DNA from: the human T2T-CHM13v2.0 reference genome, Homo sapiens | Length of the DNA stretch: 64,000 bases | Strand: one strand, 5' to 3' | Assembly: GCF_009914755.1 (NCBI RefSeq) | Contig: NC_060935.1 | Shown: positions 27,401 to 45,304 of the stretch, in pieces | How the letters are laid out: each line of letters starts with the position of its first letter | How positions within the stretch are numbered: position 1 is the stretch's first letter | Notes under the pieces: generated by a model | The model's input: the letters and a program-made list of their open reading frames with translations, nothing else | What the model was told of the DNA's origin: nothing | Databases searched by the model: none | Position numbers and translations under genes: made by a program

Positions 27401-27705
27401 TTATTATTATCATTATTTTTAAATGGAGTCTCACTCTGTCTCCCAGGCTGGAGTGCAGTGGCACGATCTGGGCTCACTGCAAGCTCCGCCTCCTGAGTTC
27501 CCACCATTCTCCTGCCTTAGCCTCCAGAGTAGCTGCGACTACAGGTGCCCGCTACCACGCCCAGCTAATTTTTTTTTTGTATTTTTTACTAGAGATGGGG
27601 TTTCACCGTGTTAGCCAGGATGGTCTCGATCTCCTGACCTTGTGATCTGTCTGCCTCAGCCTCACAAAGTGCTGGGATTACAGGCGTGAGCTACCGCGCC
27701 TGGCC
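27401..27705 (-). mobile_element. AluY nested in the old L1
   Basis: GCAAGCTCCGCC, CCATTCTCC and GTGTTAGCCAGGATGGTCTCGATCTCC are AluY diagnostics. TSD core TAAGCCCA at 27393 and 27706. Confidence 0.93.
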
Positions 27706-27898
27706 TAAGCCCAGTATTTTGAAGATTTTTACCATAAAAGAATGCTGAATTTTGTCAAATGCCTTTTCAGCATTGATTAAGATGATCATATTGTTTTATC
27801 CTTCATTCTGTTGATATGGTGTATCACACTGATTGATTTGTGTATGTTGAACCATCCTTGTATCCCTGGGATAAATTCCACTTGGTCATGGTGAATGA

Positions 27899-28327
27899 TT
27901 TTTTTTAACAATATTGTTTTTAATCACACTATTTTTAACACAATGAAATTTCACTTATTAAAAAAAAAACGCAATGGTCTTTTAAGTGTGGAATATTAAG
28001 ATATTTTCAGGACTGAGGGTACCATAGATTCTATTAATTTGCTGATATCTCATTCACTTATAAGGAGGCCAGCTTTGAAAGCCATTATAACCTGCACATA
28101 TATGTTTTTTAAAAATAAAAATAAGAATGCCGTACACTTATGTAGCACTTTGCCTGTCAAAGTAGATTTGTTCCGATTTTCCACTGGGTAATGTGAGGTG
28201 AGGCAGGTATTGTCACTGGGGTCTCAGAGAACAAGGGTTGATAGGTGCAGCAAACCACCATGGCACATGTATATCTGTGTAACAAACTGGCATGTTCTGC
28301 ACATGTATCCCAGGACTTAAAGTAAAA
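27899..28327 (-). mobile_element. Composite retro-insertion: ~330 bp non-L1 sequence plus an inverted L1PA8/10-like 3' end (probable 3' transduction with twin-priming inversion)
   Basis: Short poly(T) 27899-27906; ATTAAA on the minus strand at 27924-27919; unique sequence to ~28233; plus-strand L1 3' terminus 28234-28327. TSD-like TGAATGATTTTTT (27892) / TGAATGATGTTTTT (28328-28341). Confidence 0.7.
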
Positions 28328-29789
28328 TGAATGATGTTTTTAATGCATTGGTGAATTTGGTTTGCTAGTATTTTGTTGAGGATTTTTGCATCTATGTTTA
28401 TCAGAGATATTGTCCTGCATTTTTGTTTTTTTGATGTGTCTTCATCCTGTTTTGGTATCAGGATATTACTGGCCTCATAGAATTAGTAGTGCTTCCAATG
28501 AGTTTGGTAATATTCTCTCCTCCTCTGTATATTGGAACACTTTGAGTAGTATTTGTATTAGTTCCTCATAAGTGTTTGCTAGAATTTAGCAATAAATCCA
28601 GTGGGCCCTGAGGTTTTTTTTTTTTTTTTTTTTTTTGGCTGGGAGAATTTTTCTTATGACTTTAATCTTCTTACTTGTTATTAGTCTATTTCGGTTTTAG
28701 ATTTCTTCATCATTTGATACTGGTAATTTGTATGTGTCTAGGAATTTACCTGTTTCCTCTAGGTTTTCCAATTTATTGGCATATAGTTGCTCATAGTAGT
28801 CTACAATGATCCTTTGGATTTCTGTGGTATCAGTTGTAATATCACCTTTTTCATCTGCTTTTAAAATTTTGATCTTCTCTCTTTTGTTTTTAGTCTGGCT
28901 AAAGGTTGGTTGATTTTTTTTATCCTTTCAGAAATCAATCTTTTCATTTCATTGATGTTTTGTATTTTCCCCTGTTTCAATTTCATTTACTTCTGCTCTG
29001 ATCTGTATTATTTCTTTTTTTCTACAAATTTTGAGTATGCCTTGCCCTTATTTTTCTAGTTATTTAAGACATGTTATTAGGTTTTTCATTAAAAATTTAT
29101 ATGCCTTTTTAATGTAGGCACTTATTGGTATAAACTTTCCTCTTAACATTGCTTTCTCTGTATCCCGTAGATTTTGGGATGTTGCATTTTCATTTTCAGT
29201 GGCTTCATGAATTTTTAAAATTTTTGTTTTAATTTCTTCATGGGCCCACTGGTCATTCAGGAAAATTTTGTTTAACTTCCACGTGTTTTTATAGTTTCCA
29301 AAGTACCTCTTGTTATTGCTGTTTAATATTATTCTATTGTTCTCTGAGAAAACACTTGACATGATCTCATTTTCTTTTAATTTTGTGAGTCTTGTTTTGT
29401 GGCCTAACATATAGTCTCTCCTTGAGCATGATGTATGTGCTGAGGAAAAGAATGTATATTCTGCAGTTGTTAAATAAAATATTCTGTAAATATCTATTAG
29501 ATCCATTTGGTCTATAGTGCCTATTAAGTCTGATATTTCTTTATTGATTTCCTGTCTGGATAATCTGTCCAATCCTGCAAGTGGGATGGTGAAATCTAAA
29601 ACTATTATTGTATTGGGATCTATCACTCTCTTTAGCTCTTATAACATTTGTTTTATATATCTGTGTTCTCTAGTGTTAGGTGCATATATATTTAAAATTG
29701 TTATATCCGCTTGCTGAATTGACCCTTTTATCAATATATAATGACTTTCTTTGCCTCTTTTTGTAGTTATTGTCTTAAAATCTATTTTA

Positions 29790-29820
<31 letters not shown>

Positions 29821-32800
29821 GCTACTCCTGCTGTTCTTTGAATGCCATTGGTGTGGGATATCTTTATCCATCTGTTTTTTTTTTTCAGTGTATGTCTTTA
29901 TAGGTGAGGTGTGTTTCTTGAAGGCAGCATATTGTTGAGTTTAGTTTTAATGCATTCAGTCACTCTACTTTTTTTTATTGGAGTGTTTAGTCTATTATAT
30001 TTAATGTTATTATTGATAAATAAGGACTTACTACTACCACTTTGTTATTTGTTCTCTGGTTGTCTTGGGGTCTTCTCTTCCTTCTGTCCTTCCTGTCTTA
30101 CTTTTTGTGAAAGTGTTTTTCTCTGGTGGTATGTTGTAATTTTTTGATTTTTATTTTGTGTGTGTGTGTGTGTTTATATTTTTTAGGTTTTTTGATTTGA
30201 GGTTACCATGAGGCTTGCAAATAACATAACTCATTACTTTAAATTGATGACTACTTAACTCTTATTGCAAAAACAAAGAAAAACTAATAAAAACTCTACA
30301 CTTTAACTTCATACTTCTTGCTCTGTAAGTTTTTGTTGTTTCTATTTATATCTTCTTATACTATATATGTCTTTAAAAGTTGTTGGAGTTATTATTTCAC
30401 ATAGATTTGTCTTTTAGTCTTCCTACTCAAGATACGAGTAGTTTACACACCACAATTACAGTTACAGTATTTTATATTTGTCTGTGTACTTATTTCCAGT
30501 CAGTTTTGTACTTTCAAATGATTTCTTATTGCTCCTTAATGTCTTTTTCTTTCAGATTAAAAACTTTCTTTAGGAAAGATCTGGTATGGATGAAATCCCT
30601 CAGGTTTTGTTTGCCTGGGGAATTTTTTTATTTCTCCTTCATGTCTGCAGGATATTTTCACTGGATATACTATTCTTGGATAAAAGATTTTTTTGTTTGG
30701 TTTGTTTTTGGTTTTGTTTTTGTTTTCCCTTCAGCACTTTAGATATGCCATGCCACTCTCTCCTGGCGTGTAAGGTCAAGGCTTTAAGTCTGCTGCCAGA
30801 TGTATTGGTGCTCCTTTGTATGTTATTTGTTGCTTTTTTTCTTGCTGCCTTTATGATCCTTTCTTTATTTTTGATGTTTGGGAGTTTGCTTATTAAATCT
30901 CCTGAGTTAGTCTTATTTGGGTTACATCTGCTTGTGTTCTATAACCTTGTTGTACTTAAATATTGATATATTTCTGTAGGTTTGGAAAGTTCTCTGTTAT
31001 TTTTTTCAATACACTCTCTGCCCCAATCTCTCTTTCTATCTCCTATTTAAGGCCAATAACTCTTAGATTTTCCGTTTTCATGCTATTTTATAAATCTTCT
31101 AGGCATGCTTCATTTTTTTTTGTTATTGCTTTCCTCTGTCTGTGTGTTTTCAAATAGCCTGTTCAAGCACACAAATTCTTTCTTCTCCTTCATCCATTCT
31201 GCTCTTGAGAGACTCTGATGCATTTTTCTGTTTGTCAGTTAATAGGGCTGTTCCAGAATTTCTGCTTGAGTTTTTAAGATTATTTTAATCTCTTTGTTAA
31301 AATTATCTGATGGAATTCTGAATTTCTTCTCTGTAATATCTTGAATTTCATTGTGTTTCTTCAAAACAGCTATTTTGAGTTATCTGAAAGGTCACATATC
31401 TCTGTTACTCTGGGATTGCTCATTGATGCCTTATTTAGTTTGGCAAAGTCATGTTTTCCTAGATGGTCTTAATGCTTTTGGATGTTTGTCAATGTCTGGA
31501 CATTGAAAAACTAGTTTATTCTAATCATTGCAGTCTGAGCTTATTTATACCCATAATTCTTGATAGGGCTTTCCAAGTATTTAAAGGAAATTGAATGTTG
31601 TTCTAAGTCTTTGGTCACTGTATGCATTAGGGGGCACCCCAAGCCCAGTAACACTTTAAGTCTTGCTGACTTATACAGGTGCCACCTTGGTGATCTTCAG
31701 TAAGATACAAGAGAATTCCCTGTATTACCAGGTGAAGTCTTGTTCTCTTTACTTACTTTCTCCCAAGCAGTGTCTCTATTTCTCTTCGTACTGAGCTGCC
31801 TGAAGTTGGAGAAGGGGTGTCACAAGCCTTCCTGTGACTACCATTGCTGGGACTCTTCTTGGTCACAGCTGAGGCTAGCACAGTACTGAGTCTTGCCCAA
31901 GGCCTATGGTGACTACTGTCTGGCTATGGCTGCTGTATATTCAATGCTCAAGGGCTCTTTAGTCAGAGGTAGTGAATCCTGCCAGGCCTAGGTCTTTCAT
32001 TTCAGGGCCGCAGGTTCCCTTCTGGCCCAGGGTGAGTCTAGAAATGTCATCTGGGAGCTATGCCCTAGTATTGGGGTCTTTATGAATTAGCTTTGTGCTT
32101 TATTTTACTACGGCTGAGCTGTTACCGAACTTGCAAGACAAAGTTCTCTTTACTCTTCTCTCTCTTTTCCTCAAGCTGGAGGAATTCTCCCAGAATTGTG
32201 AGCTGTGTTGCCAGAGTTGGAGGAGGGATGACACTCCCTTTGCTGCTCCAGCTGGTTTCTTACTGAGTTACATGCACCCCAAGTCCACTGGCTCCAAGCC
32301 CAGCAAAGCACCAAGACTGCCCAGGAATTACAGTCCTTGTGGTCTAGGCAGCCTTTCTAATTTATTTAGGATCTCAGGGCAATTTAACTCATGGTGGTGG
32401 TGCTAGCCATGGCTCAGGTTCTTACTTCTCGGATGTGCTATTTCCCTTTGACTAGGGCTGGTCTAAATCCTTCCTCCTTGGAGGCTGGCTGAATTCTGCC
32501 TTGCATTACTTTCCCCTGTGACAAGTCAGCACTGAGTTATAATGTGAAGTCTCAAAATCAATGCACTCTCCCTCTCCCAAGCATATAGATTCTCTGTCCT
32601 ACTGCCTTGTGGTGAACTGGGGGATGGGGGAGGGGTGGTGTACGCAAATAAAGACTGTCTTTCCTACCTTCTTTCATACCTGTTTCCTTGATATGAGGTT
32701 AAAGGCATACACTGTAGTTGCTAGCTTGATTTTTGGTCATGAAGATGCTTTCTTGTGTAGACAGTTGTTCAATTTGGTGTTCCTGCAAGGGGAACGATTG

Positions 32801-33904
32801 CTGGATGCTTCTCTTCAGCCATCTTGTTTCTCCTCCTACCAAATGAATAATTAAGAAGAATAAATGGCACAGCCATTATTTACCTAATTATCAAATTTAT
32901 CATATTATTATCTTATCTTATAAGAAATTTGTTGTGACCATAGCCTTTCAGGATTGTTTGACTATTCTGTGGTAGTTTTTGTTTTCTTTACTTAAGTAAA
33001 AACTTCATTTTCTTCAGAAGATAAAAGACTATTTGGCCTTCAGTTTTGTAGACAACCATGAGACTAAAAAACTGTTCTTAAGGACCATAATGTCTGCACA
33101 ACAAAACCTCTAGTTATCAAGCCTCTTCCTGACTGGCAGATCTGAAGTTAGAAGATGTTGGTAGTGGTGCTTTGAAGATCCTCCAAAGAAACCTGTTTGC
33201 AGCCCATACATATTGTCAGATTATTTCCTAAGAACTGAAGAAATGGATTGTCAAATAATTGTTGAAGATCCAGGTCCAAAAGCCTGTCACATAAGTATTA
33301 ATGGAATTTTAAATTAATTAATGCCTTATATATTAATAGTATATCTTTGATTAGATAATGAGAGAATATATGACCTTTGCAAGAAAATTGAATTTAGTCT
33401 TGGATAACTACAACAGTTGTAATAGAAACAGATACTCTCCATAATGGGGCAAGGGAGCAAGAACTTATCCCCTTCCCCTTATTTTCAATTAATTACATTT
33501 CAGCTCTCCACTAATTTATTCTAATATGACCTAGATATCACTGGTTTTTGAATCAAACTTATGCTGCACATTTAAAAAAATGTCTTACAATTCAACAACA
33601 AAAGATGGTTGCATTTTGTTTTATAAACCACCAACCTTGTTACTTTAGGAAAGCTCTATAGGGCAGCTTTATTTCTGGGGAACTACTTCATAGTATATTT
33701 ATTGATGTTTTCTTTTCTTCTCCTCCTCCTCTCTCTCCTCCTCCTTCACTGAATTTCTCTTGCTCTCAGTATAATTAAAAATTAGTTTTTTTTTTATACA
33801 AAGAGTAGGTAGAAGGAGTCAAACCTAGTGCTCAAAATAGTATAGTTATTGATTATTCCATCTTCCGGAAAATGTGACCTTTTTGTTTTTGTAAAAGTTA
33901 CTAA

Positions 33905-34040
33905 CATGGCACATGTATACATATGTAACTAACCTGCACAATGTGCACATGTACCCTAAAACTTAGAGTATAATAATAAAAAAAAAAACATTAAAAATAA
34001 AAAATAAAAAAAATAAAAAAAAACAAAACAAAACAAAAAA
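33905..34040 (+). mobile_element. Extremely 5'-truncated young L1 (L1HS-like), ~70 bp plus patterned A tail
   Basis: CATGGCACATGTATACATATGTAACTAACCTGCACAATGTGCACATGTACCCTAAAACTTAGAGTATAATAA. Perfect 13-bp TSD AAAAGTTACTAAC (33893-33905 / 34041-34053). Confidence 0.92.
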
Positions 34041-34477
34041 AAAAGTTACTAACAAAACCATTAAAAATCTTGTTAAGGAAACCTTAATTTTCTGAGTATT
34101 TTCTTACCCATACCTCAATATTGAGGCAAATTGAAGATGATAATCCCCTTTTTCATTTCATTTTAGATAATTTTCCATGAATAATTCAATGAACAGCTTT
34201 CATTTGACTTTTAATTTCTTTCATAGTCCCCAGGAATATTACAACATTTTTCTTTACGTTTGAAAAAAGAAGAAAAACACCTAATATGATTGCTAAGAAA
34301 AAGGAAAATTATTTTCCTTGAGTGTAAAGTGGATATTGTTGACCTTTAATTCACTATGCAGTTATTCACAAATTGTTTGTAGTAAGCTGGTAAAGTACAG
34401 GATCAGATATGGATCCTACCTTGGGATTCAATGGAACAGAGAAACAGGGCAGCAAGGAGGTATGCTGAGTCACAGAA

Positions 34478-34802
34478 TAACCTTACCCCCTGCTGCCACT
34501 GCCTTAGTCCAAGCTGCCATGTCTCCTTACTTGTATTATTCTAACTGTTCTTGCTTCCTCTCCTGGATTCTGGCAGTGTATTCTGAATACAGCAACCAGA
34601 GTAAAACTTCTAAATTAGGCCAGTCATGTTATTTAGCTTCTTAGAGGCCTCTGGTTTATATCTTTTATCTCTCACAAGAATCTCACTAAACTCCATTAGG
34701 ATAGAGAATTTGATGTGATTGGTCACTACTATATCCCCAGTTCTTGGGAGAGAGAATGCTTGATGTATAGGAACTATTTCTTCATATTTTTGAATTAATG
34801 AT
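34478..34802 (+). mobile_element. L2 fragments
   Basis: CTGCCACTGCCTTAGTCCAAGCTGCCAT... and GGTCACTACTATATCCCCAG...TTTTGAATTAATGA. Confidence 0.55.
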
Positions 34803-35019
34803 ATTCTGGAAGCATGATGTCTCAAAGATAGAAATTTGAGTACCCTCTATAAGTCTTCAGAAGGTGATTGGAAATGTGGAAGGAGACCCTAGGTCAGTGA
34901 CTCAGTGAAGCAAAGAAAGTCAACTTCATCTTTCTAGAGAAATGTCCAAAATGTATGCTAACTGGAGACATTAAGAGACATATGACACCAACATGCTGAG
35001 TGATTTATCAGAGCATTGG

Positions 35020-35810
<791 letters not shown>

Positions 35811-36012
35811 CACAGGAGATATCACCATGGGATATAATCATGCTTCTGATTTTCTCACTGATCAGACCACACCTAGAGCACTGTGCTCATTTCTGGCCAT
35901 TACCTTCTAACATGGTCATTGACAAACAAACCTATATAATACCAATGATCATGAACAGATACTGTAGGAACTGGGGTTATTAAGCTTGAGAATAGATGAT
36001 TTAAGGATTATG

Positions 36013-36165
36013 CATAACTGGCTACATAATTTGCAAGGCCCACTGCAAAATAAAAATCAGGGAGCATTTGTTCAAAAGTTATTAAGAATATTAAAATAAC
36101 AACAGGGAGGATTCAATCAAACATATTGCAACTCAAATTCTCAATCCCAAGTTTCATGCTCATGT
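36013..36165 (-). mobile_element. MER45A-like hAT-Tip100 element
   Basis: CTGGCTACATAATTTGCAAGGCCCACTGCAAAATAAAAAT...TTGTTCAAAAGTTATTAAGAAT matches the recalled MER45A end. Confidence 0.65.
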
Positions 36166-37379
36166 ATGTAGACCTGGGAACATGTCAGCCTCCATCAGAC
36201 ATTTAAGGTACTGGCATGAGGACAACAGGTCAATAGGTAAAGATTAGTCTGTGTCTTAAGAGAGTAAAACTCACATCCAAGGATTGGAATTTTACCAAGT
36301 GCTTTTGTTTGTTGTTTTAAAATAAGTTCAGCTGTTTCATAATGAAATATACTTTCTATTACTGGAAAATCTTTAAGAGATACTATAGAAAGATTGAATG
36401 TTAGCATGGATGTTGGAAAAAATGACTATTATGGATGCTTTCAACTATAAAGATTGAGACATCTGACATTTTTAAAAAACTTATGAACTGAAATATTATT
36501 CTTCATTATGGACAGATATTAGCCTGAGCCCTCCCCACTCCCACCAACACATACACATGCATGCATATACATACACAGTATATAATGATCTCCATGGCAA
36601 AAGTGTGACAATGCAGAGAAAGAGAGAGCAAATCAAATGCATAGAGGGCAAATGCAAGCCTTTACCTGTGCACTTTAGGAAGCCAAGACCAGATGAGAGC
36701 CTTGTTTTCTAGTCTAATGTTATTTCCATGAAATATGAGAGAATAAAGTTCCTTAGGATAAGTCAGCCCCTTTAAGAAAGTAACAAACATCAATTTGTTT
36801 GATGGCAGTAAATTGAAAAATGTTGCATTATCATTATTTTAGTTATACCAAAGTATGTACATTTTAAAAAATGTATTATCTTGATGCAGAATACCTATTG
36901 AAAAATAACAATGTTATTTTTGAAGCAATACTCCTGCTTCACAATCTCAATTTTTGAATGCTCTAATACTCTTCATTTGGTCATTTTAGGAAGTTATACA
37001 GATACATGTTCCTCTGAACTTCGCCAGTACTTACAGTATTGTACAATACTTATTTGTGACTTCTCATCAACACCCCAACTGGTTAGATGCTGTTATTTTT
37101 ACTGGTTGTATATTAAGACAATAAATAATTTCATACTTGGGTAGCAAAGAATTGTTACTGACTAGTTCATATTTCTGGGTTCCCCACCACCATTTCCAAA
37201 AGAGGGACTTTTTCTTCTTCCCAAATAAAACTGTGCACAGATGCCAAATGCATAAGGCAAATGAAAGTAAAACCACTGTATTTAAAGTAAGCACAGTGAG
37301 CACAGAGCCCTACTAATTTACTTCCCCCTCATCTCCAATTTTAGCTTCTGAGGCAACACAATGTGTAAACCAGTGATCT

Positions 37380-37525
37380 GGTTCAACTTGCTCAATTTAC
37401 GAATAAGGAAACATAGCCTAAAGAGGTTTAGTGAGGTATTCAAAGTCAAACAGCTTATTAGAAGTAGAGGCAGGATAAAAACAAAGTCTGTGAACCCTAA
37501 TGCTGTTTTCTATACACTATGCTAC
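37380..37525 (-). mobile_element. MIR SINE
   Basis: TTTACGAATAAGGAAACATAGCCTAAAGAGGTTTAGTGAGGTATTCAAAGTCAAACAGC. Confidence 0.65.
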
Positions 37526-38553
37526 CTGGGTGGTACACGAATTAAATACACTACCCATCGTATGGATAGAAAAGAGTTTAGAGTATTCCAACAGTGAGGG
37601 AAAGTGTCACTTTTGAGTACAAAAAATCTATATGCTTTCTCATTTGTTTGTTTTAATTTGTTAAATTTGTTTAATTTGTTAGCTTATTTAATTATTCATT
37701 TTTCACAGGAAATGAACAGGAAACACAGGATAGATGAATAAATAGAAAATGATAAAGATACAGACACCACACAAGCTATGCAATTACAGTTCTGTGTAGG
37801 CGAAAGACTTGTTAAAAATGAATCTGTTCTCTTATGAGTGCCCAGAGACTCCAACTAGTTATCCTTATGCCTGGAGCAGAGCTTTATATACAGTGGGGAC
37901 TAGTCCCTTTTTTATTGTTTTTAGATGTTCTATGGTAAATATTTAATATTTTTCATCTTTTGGGAATACGTGACTTGCATGGAAAAATCAAGAAGTGACT
38001 AGGAAAAAATATATTCTTATTTACAAAGCAACATTTTTTTTCCAAACATAACTGGATGCATTCTCTTGTTATTTTAGAGCATTTCAATAAAAGATTTAAA
38101 CCTTAAAATTCAGGAGAACTTTGGATTTATGTTTTTGTTCCCATTCTCTAGCTACTGAAAAGAGATAGAGACCAGCAATTTTAAAATATTTCTTGGATTT
38201 TGGGTTGCATATTTTAGGACTTTATCTGAAACAAACAAAAAAAAATGTTCTACATTTTGTGTTTTTTAAATATTGAGCCCATTTCTATGGCTATATATTG
38301 ATGTGAATAGACATTTCACCTACTGGATTCTTGCTTGAAATACATTTTAAATGTATGGTTTATCATGTTCTTGCTTAAAACTGCTGCTGATTCAAACCAT
38401 ATAGGATATTTCTTTTTGTCTAACCATTTGACAATCTTAGACATATATAGTCTAAGCATATATGTTTGAGAATTGTTCAGGTTTTTGTCTAATTCACTCC
38501 CTCTTCACAGTCTCAGCTAAAGAAAGAAAGCCAATCAAAACTATACCCATCAC

Positions 38554-39185
38554 AATGTAAAATGATGTAACAGCTGCGGAAACCATTTGGTCGTTCCACA
38601 AACAGTTAAATGTAGAGTTTACATGTGAAACAAAAATTCCACTCCTAGGTATTTGAGAACTCCTAGGTTCTCAAAGTATTGAGAACAGAAACTCAAACAA
38701 ATATTTGTATATCAATGTTCATAAAAACATTGCTTATGATAGCCAAATAAACTTGGTGTTCATCAGTAGATAAACAGATGAACAAAATGTTGTCCTGTAT
38801 ATTCATACAATGGCATGTTTAGCCTTAAGAAGGAATGAAGTCTGATACATGCCACAACATGGATAAACCCTGAGAACACTAGACTGAAAAAATAAACCAG
38901 ATACAAGAAGACAAATATTGTATGATTTCAATTATTTGAAATATCTGGAATAGATACGTTGATGGAGATAGAAAGTAGAGTAAAGACTACCAGGGACTGG
39001 AGAAGTGGGAACTGGGGAGTGATTGCTTATTGGGGATGGAGTTTCTATCTGAGGTGAAGTGATTTTGGAAATAGTGCTAATAGTTACTTAGCACTGTGAA
39101 TGTGTATGATGCCACTGAATTTTACCCTTAAAATGGTTAAGATGGAAAATTTGATTATATGTATTTTACCACAATTTAAAAAAAA
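38554..39185 (+). mobile_element. L1MB-like 3' end
   Basis: AATGTAAAATGATGTAACAGCTGCGGAAA...ATGCCACTGAATTTTACCCTTAAAATGGTTAAGATGG...ATGTATTTTACCACAATTTAAAAAAA. Confidence 0.8.
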
Positions 39186-41412
39186 GTATATACTCATAAT
39201 CTCTAAAGGAAAAACACAAGTAGCAGGAAAAATCATATTTGTCCTCAAAATGACTATTATTGTAGTAGGTGGGCTTCATGCTCCAGAGGTTTGGGCACTA
39301 ATATTAGATGAGAATGAATTTGTTATTATTGTGCTCCTCATTCGTGCTAGACACTGCTATGGTAACTGGGGTTACAGAGGTGAGTAAGAAAGGCACACCC
39401 TCTGCATCTTGGAGATACCAGTGAGGATGGCCAAGAAACAACAAGCAAACATAGAAAGAAGCAAATTTAAGTTATAAGTGCCATCACGGAAACAAGCAAG
39501 AGATGAAAATAGAAAATGTGTGTGTTTGTGTGTGTGTGTGTGTTCGTGTGTACTGGTGAGGATGAAGAGTTTGGGAACATCCTGCTTTATTAAAAAGAAG
39601 CATGAGATTCAGAGTAAAAAAAAAAAAAGTAGACAAAAATTCAGAAAAAAAAGGGATGGCAGTGTAGTCTGGCCATTGATTTACCCGGCAGTGGAAAGTA
39701 GAAAAGAATAATATGAATGGGTCTGGAGACACTCTTTACCTTAGACACCAGCCACTTTGAGGGAGGAAGTATATGAGTAAGAACAGGATGGCAATTTTGC
39801 TAATATACTACATGTATGATAAGTTTTAGATTGCTGTTAAATGTTGTTTGGCTAGAGAAACCCAGGATTAATAGAACCATGCTTTACAAATCATCTATTT
39901 CCCACAAGGCTTCCAAGGCAATAATATACTCAAGGAACAAGGACAAATGAGAAATGAAAGTTCCACTTTAATTTTAGTTGGGGCAGTGCCTGTAACTGCC
40001 AATTAAATGTTTTGAAAAATCTGGATTCAAGTACAATATGTAAATTTGGACTCAACGTCCCGAAGAAAGGACTTCAGCCTCAAAGTCCAAGTCTTACCAC
40101 TAACAGGCTGCCAAGTTCAAAGTGATTAGGGTTTCTGACCATCAGAGTACTAATACAAGGCAACTAAGAATGCTAGAATAATGGGTTTCCTTGCAGTATG
40201 GAGAGAAGGGACCACCATATGCATATAGGTAAACTCACACTTTGTAAATGTGACTCATTCACTGGGCATTCTGAAATCTGAACAAACAGTTTAATATCTG
40301 CTCTTGGTGAAGTTTTAGGTTGAACTGAGATATTAAAAGGATTTTCACAGTCAAATAATGAGGAAATCATAATTCATGTCAGTCAGAGAGAGAAAATGAC
40401 CCCAAACTTGAAGACTGTATTCCAATATACCTAGAAAATGAGGTACTTTGTTAAAATAAGGTATAATAGGATAAGAAGCTGAAAATAGAACTTAAGGCCA
40501 TACTACTTTAAAAAAACAGGCAAAAAAACAGCCTCTTATTTTTATGCTTTGAGCAGTCATTTTAAACCCAGATAGTTACCGAATCTGGGTTTAGAAAGAT
40601 ATATTCTGGGGGCTATGTGTGAAAGAGGTGGTGCAGAGGAAAGAAACTCCTAGCAGGGATGGTAGTAAGCATGCAGTCACTACTTACCAAACACAAGATG
40701 ATCATTTTTATTCATATTACTAGAAAAGTGACTAAAAATTTTTTTCCATCATGTAAGAAAATATGGTGAATCATGACCATTATTTTCAAAATATATCACG
40801 CAATCATAGACTTTTCAGGAGCAATACCTCCTATTACAGTTCCTAGGTAGAAGACAGGGGAGAGGAGGTTTGCAAGATGGACAAAGTTGACAAGTATTTT
40901 CATGGCACATATAATTTTCTCAAATATGGAAAACATGATGTTTGTATGGAATGCTAAAATATGGATAAGTATAGATAAGAAATATTGCCCCATATTTTCC
41001 CTCATTTTAATAACCATGGTCAATATTTTAGGGCATATTCCTATGTTTTCTGTGGAATTGTTTTATAACCACTTTCTCCAAAATTGTCTTATGTTGCATT
41101 TAGTGTCCTCAGATAATATTGTTTCTAATCATGGTGGGATTACACACAAATTATATAAATTACATACAACAGACAGAAAAATTGTTTTTTTCTTGTTTTT
41201 TTGTTTTATTATACTTTAAGTTTTAGGGTACATGTGCACATTGTGCCGGTTCGTTACATACGTATACATGTGCCATGCTGGTGCGCTGCACCCACTAACT
41301 CGTCATCTAGCATTAGATATATCTCCCAATGCTATCCCTCCCCCCTCGCCCCACCCCACCACAGTCCCCAGAGTGTGATATTCCCCTTCCTGTGTCCATG
41401 TGATCTCATTGT

Positions 41413-45268
<3,856 letters not shown>

Positions 45269-45304
45269 TTAGTTGATGCAGTTTCTTCCTAGTCTCAATG
45301 GTCT

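Larger units (their letters stand above)
24949..32836 (-). mobile_element. Near full-length old L1 (L1MA1-3-like), degraded, with nested insertions
   Basis: 3'UTR TTTATGGGTATATAGTAGGT...GGGGTACATGAGATATTTTGATAC. ORF2 remnants include endonuclease-like ORF 29060-29626. The 5' end reads GGAGGAGAAACAAGATGGCTG on the minus strand at ~32816-32836. Confidence 0.85.

Noticed and set aside
37028-37303. Possible minus-strand exon or 78-aa hydrophobic ORF
   Set aside because: GTG start, no recognisable homology, and splice-like motifs of this strength are common by chance.
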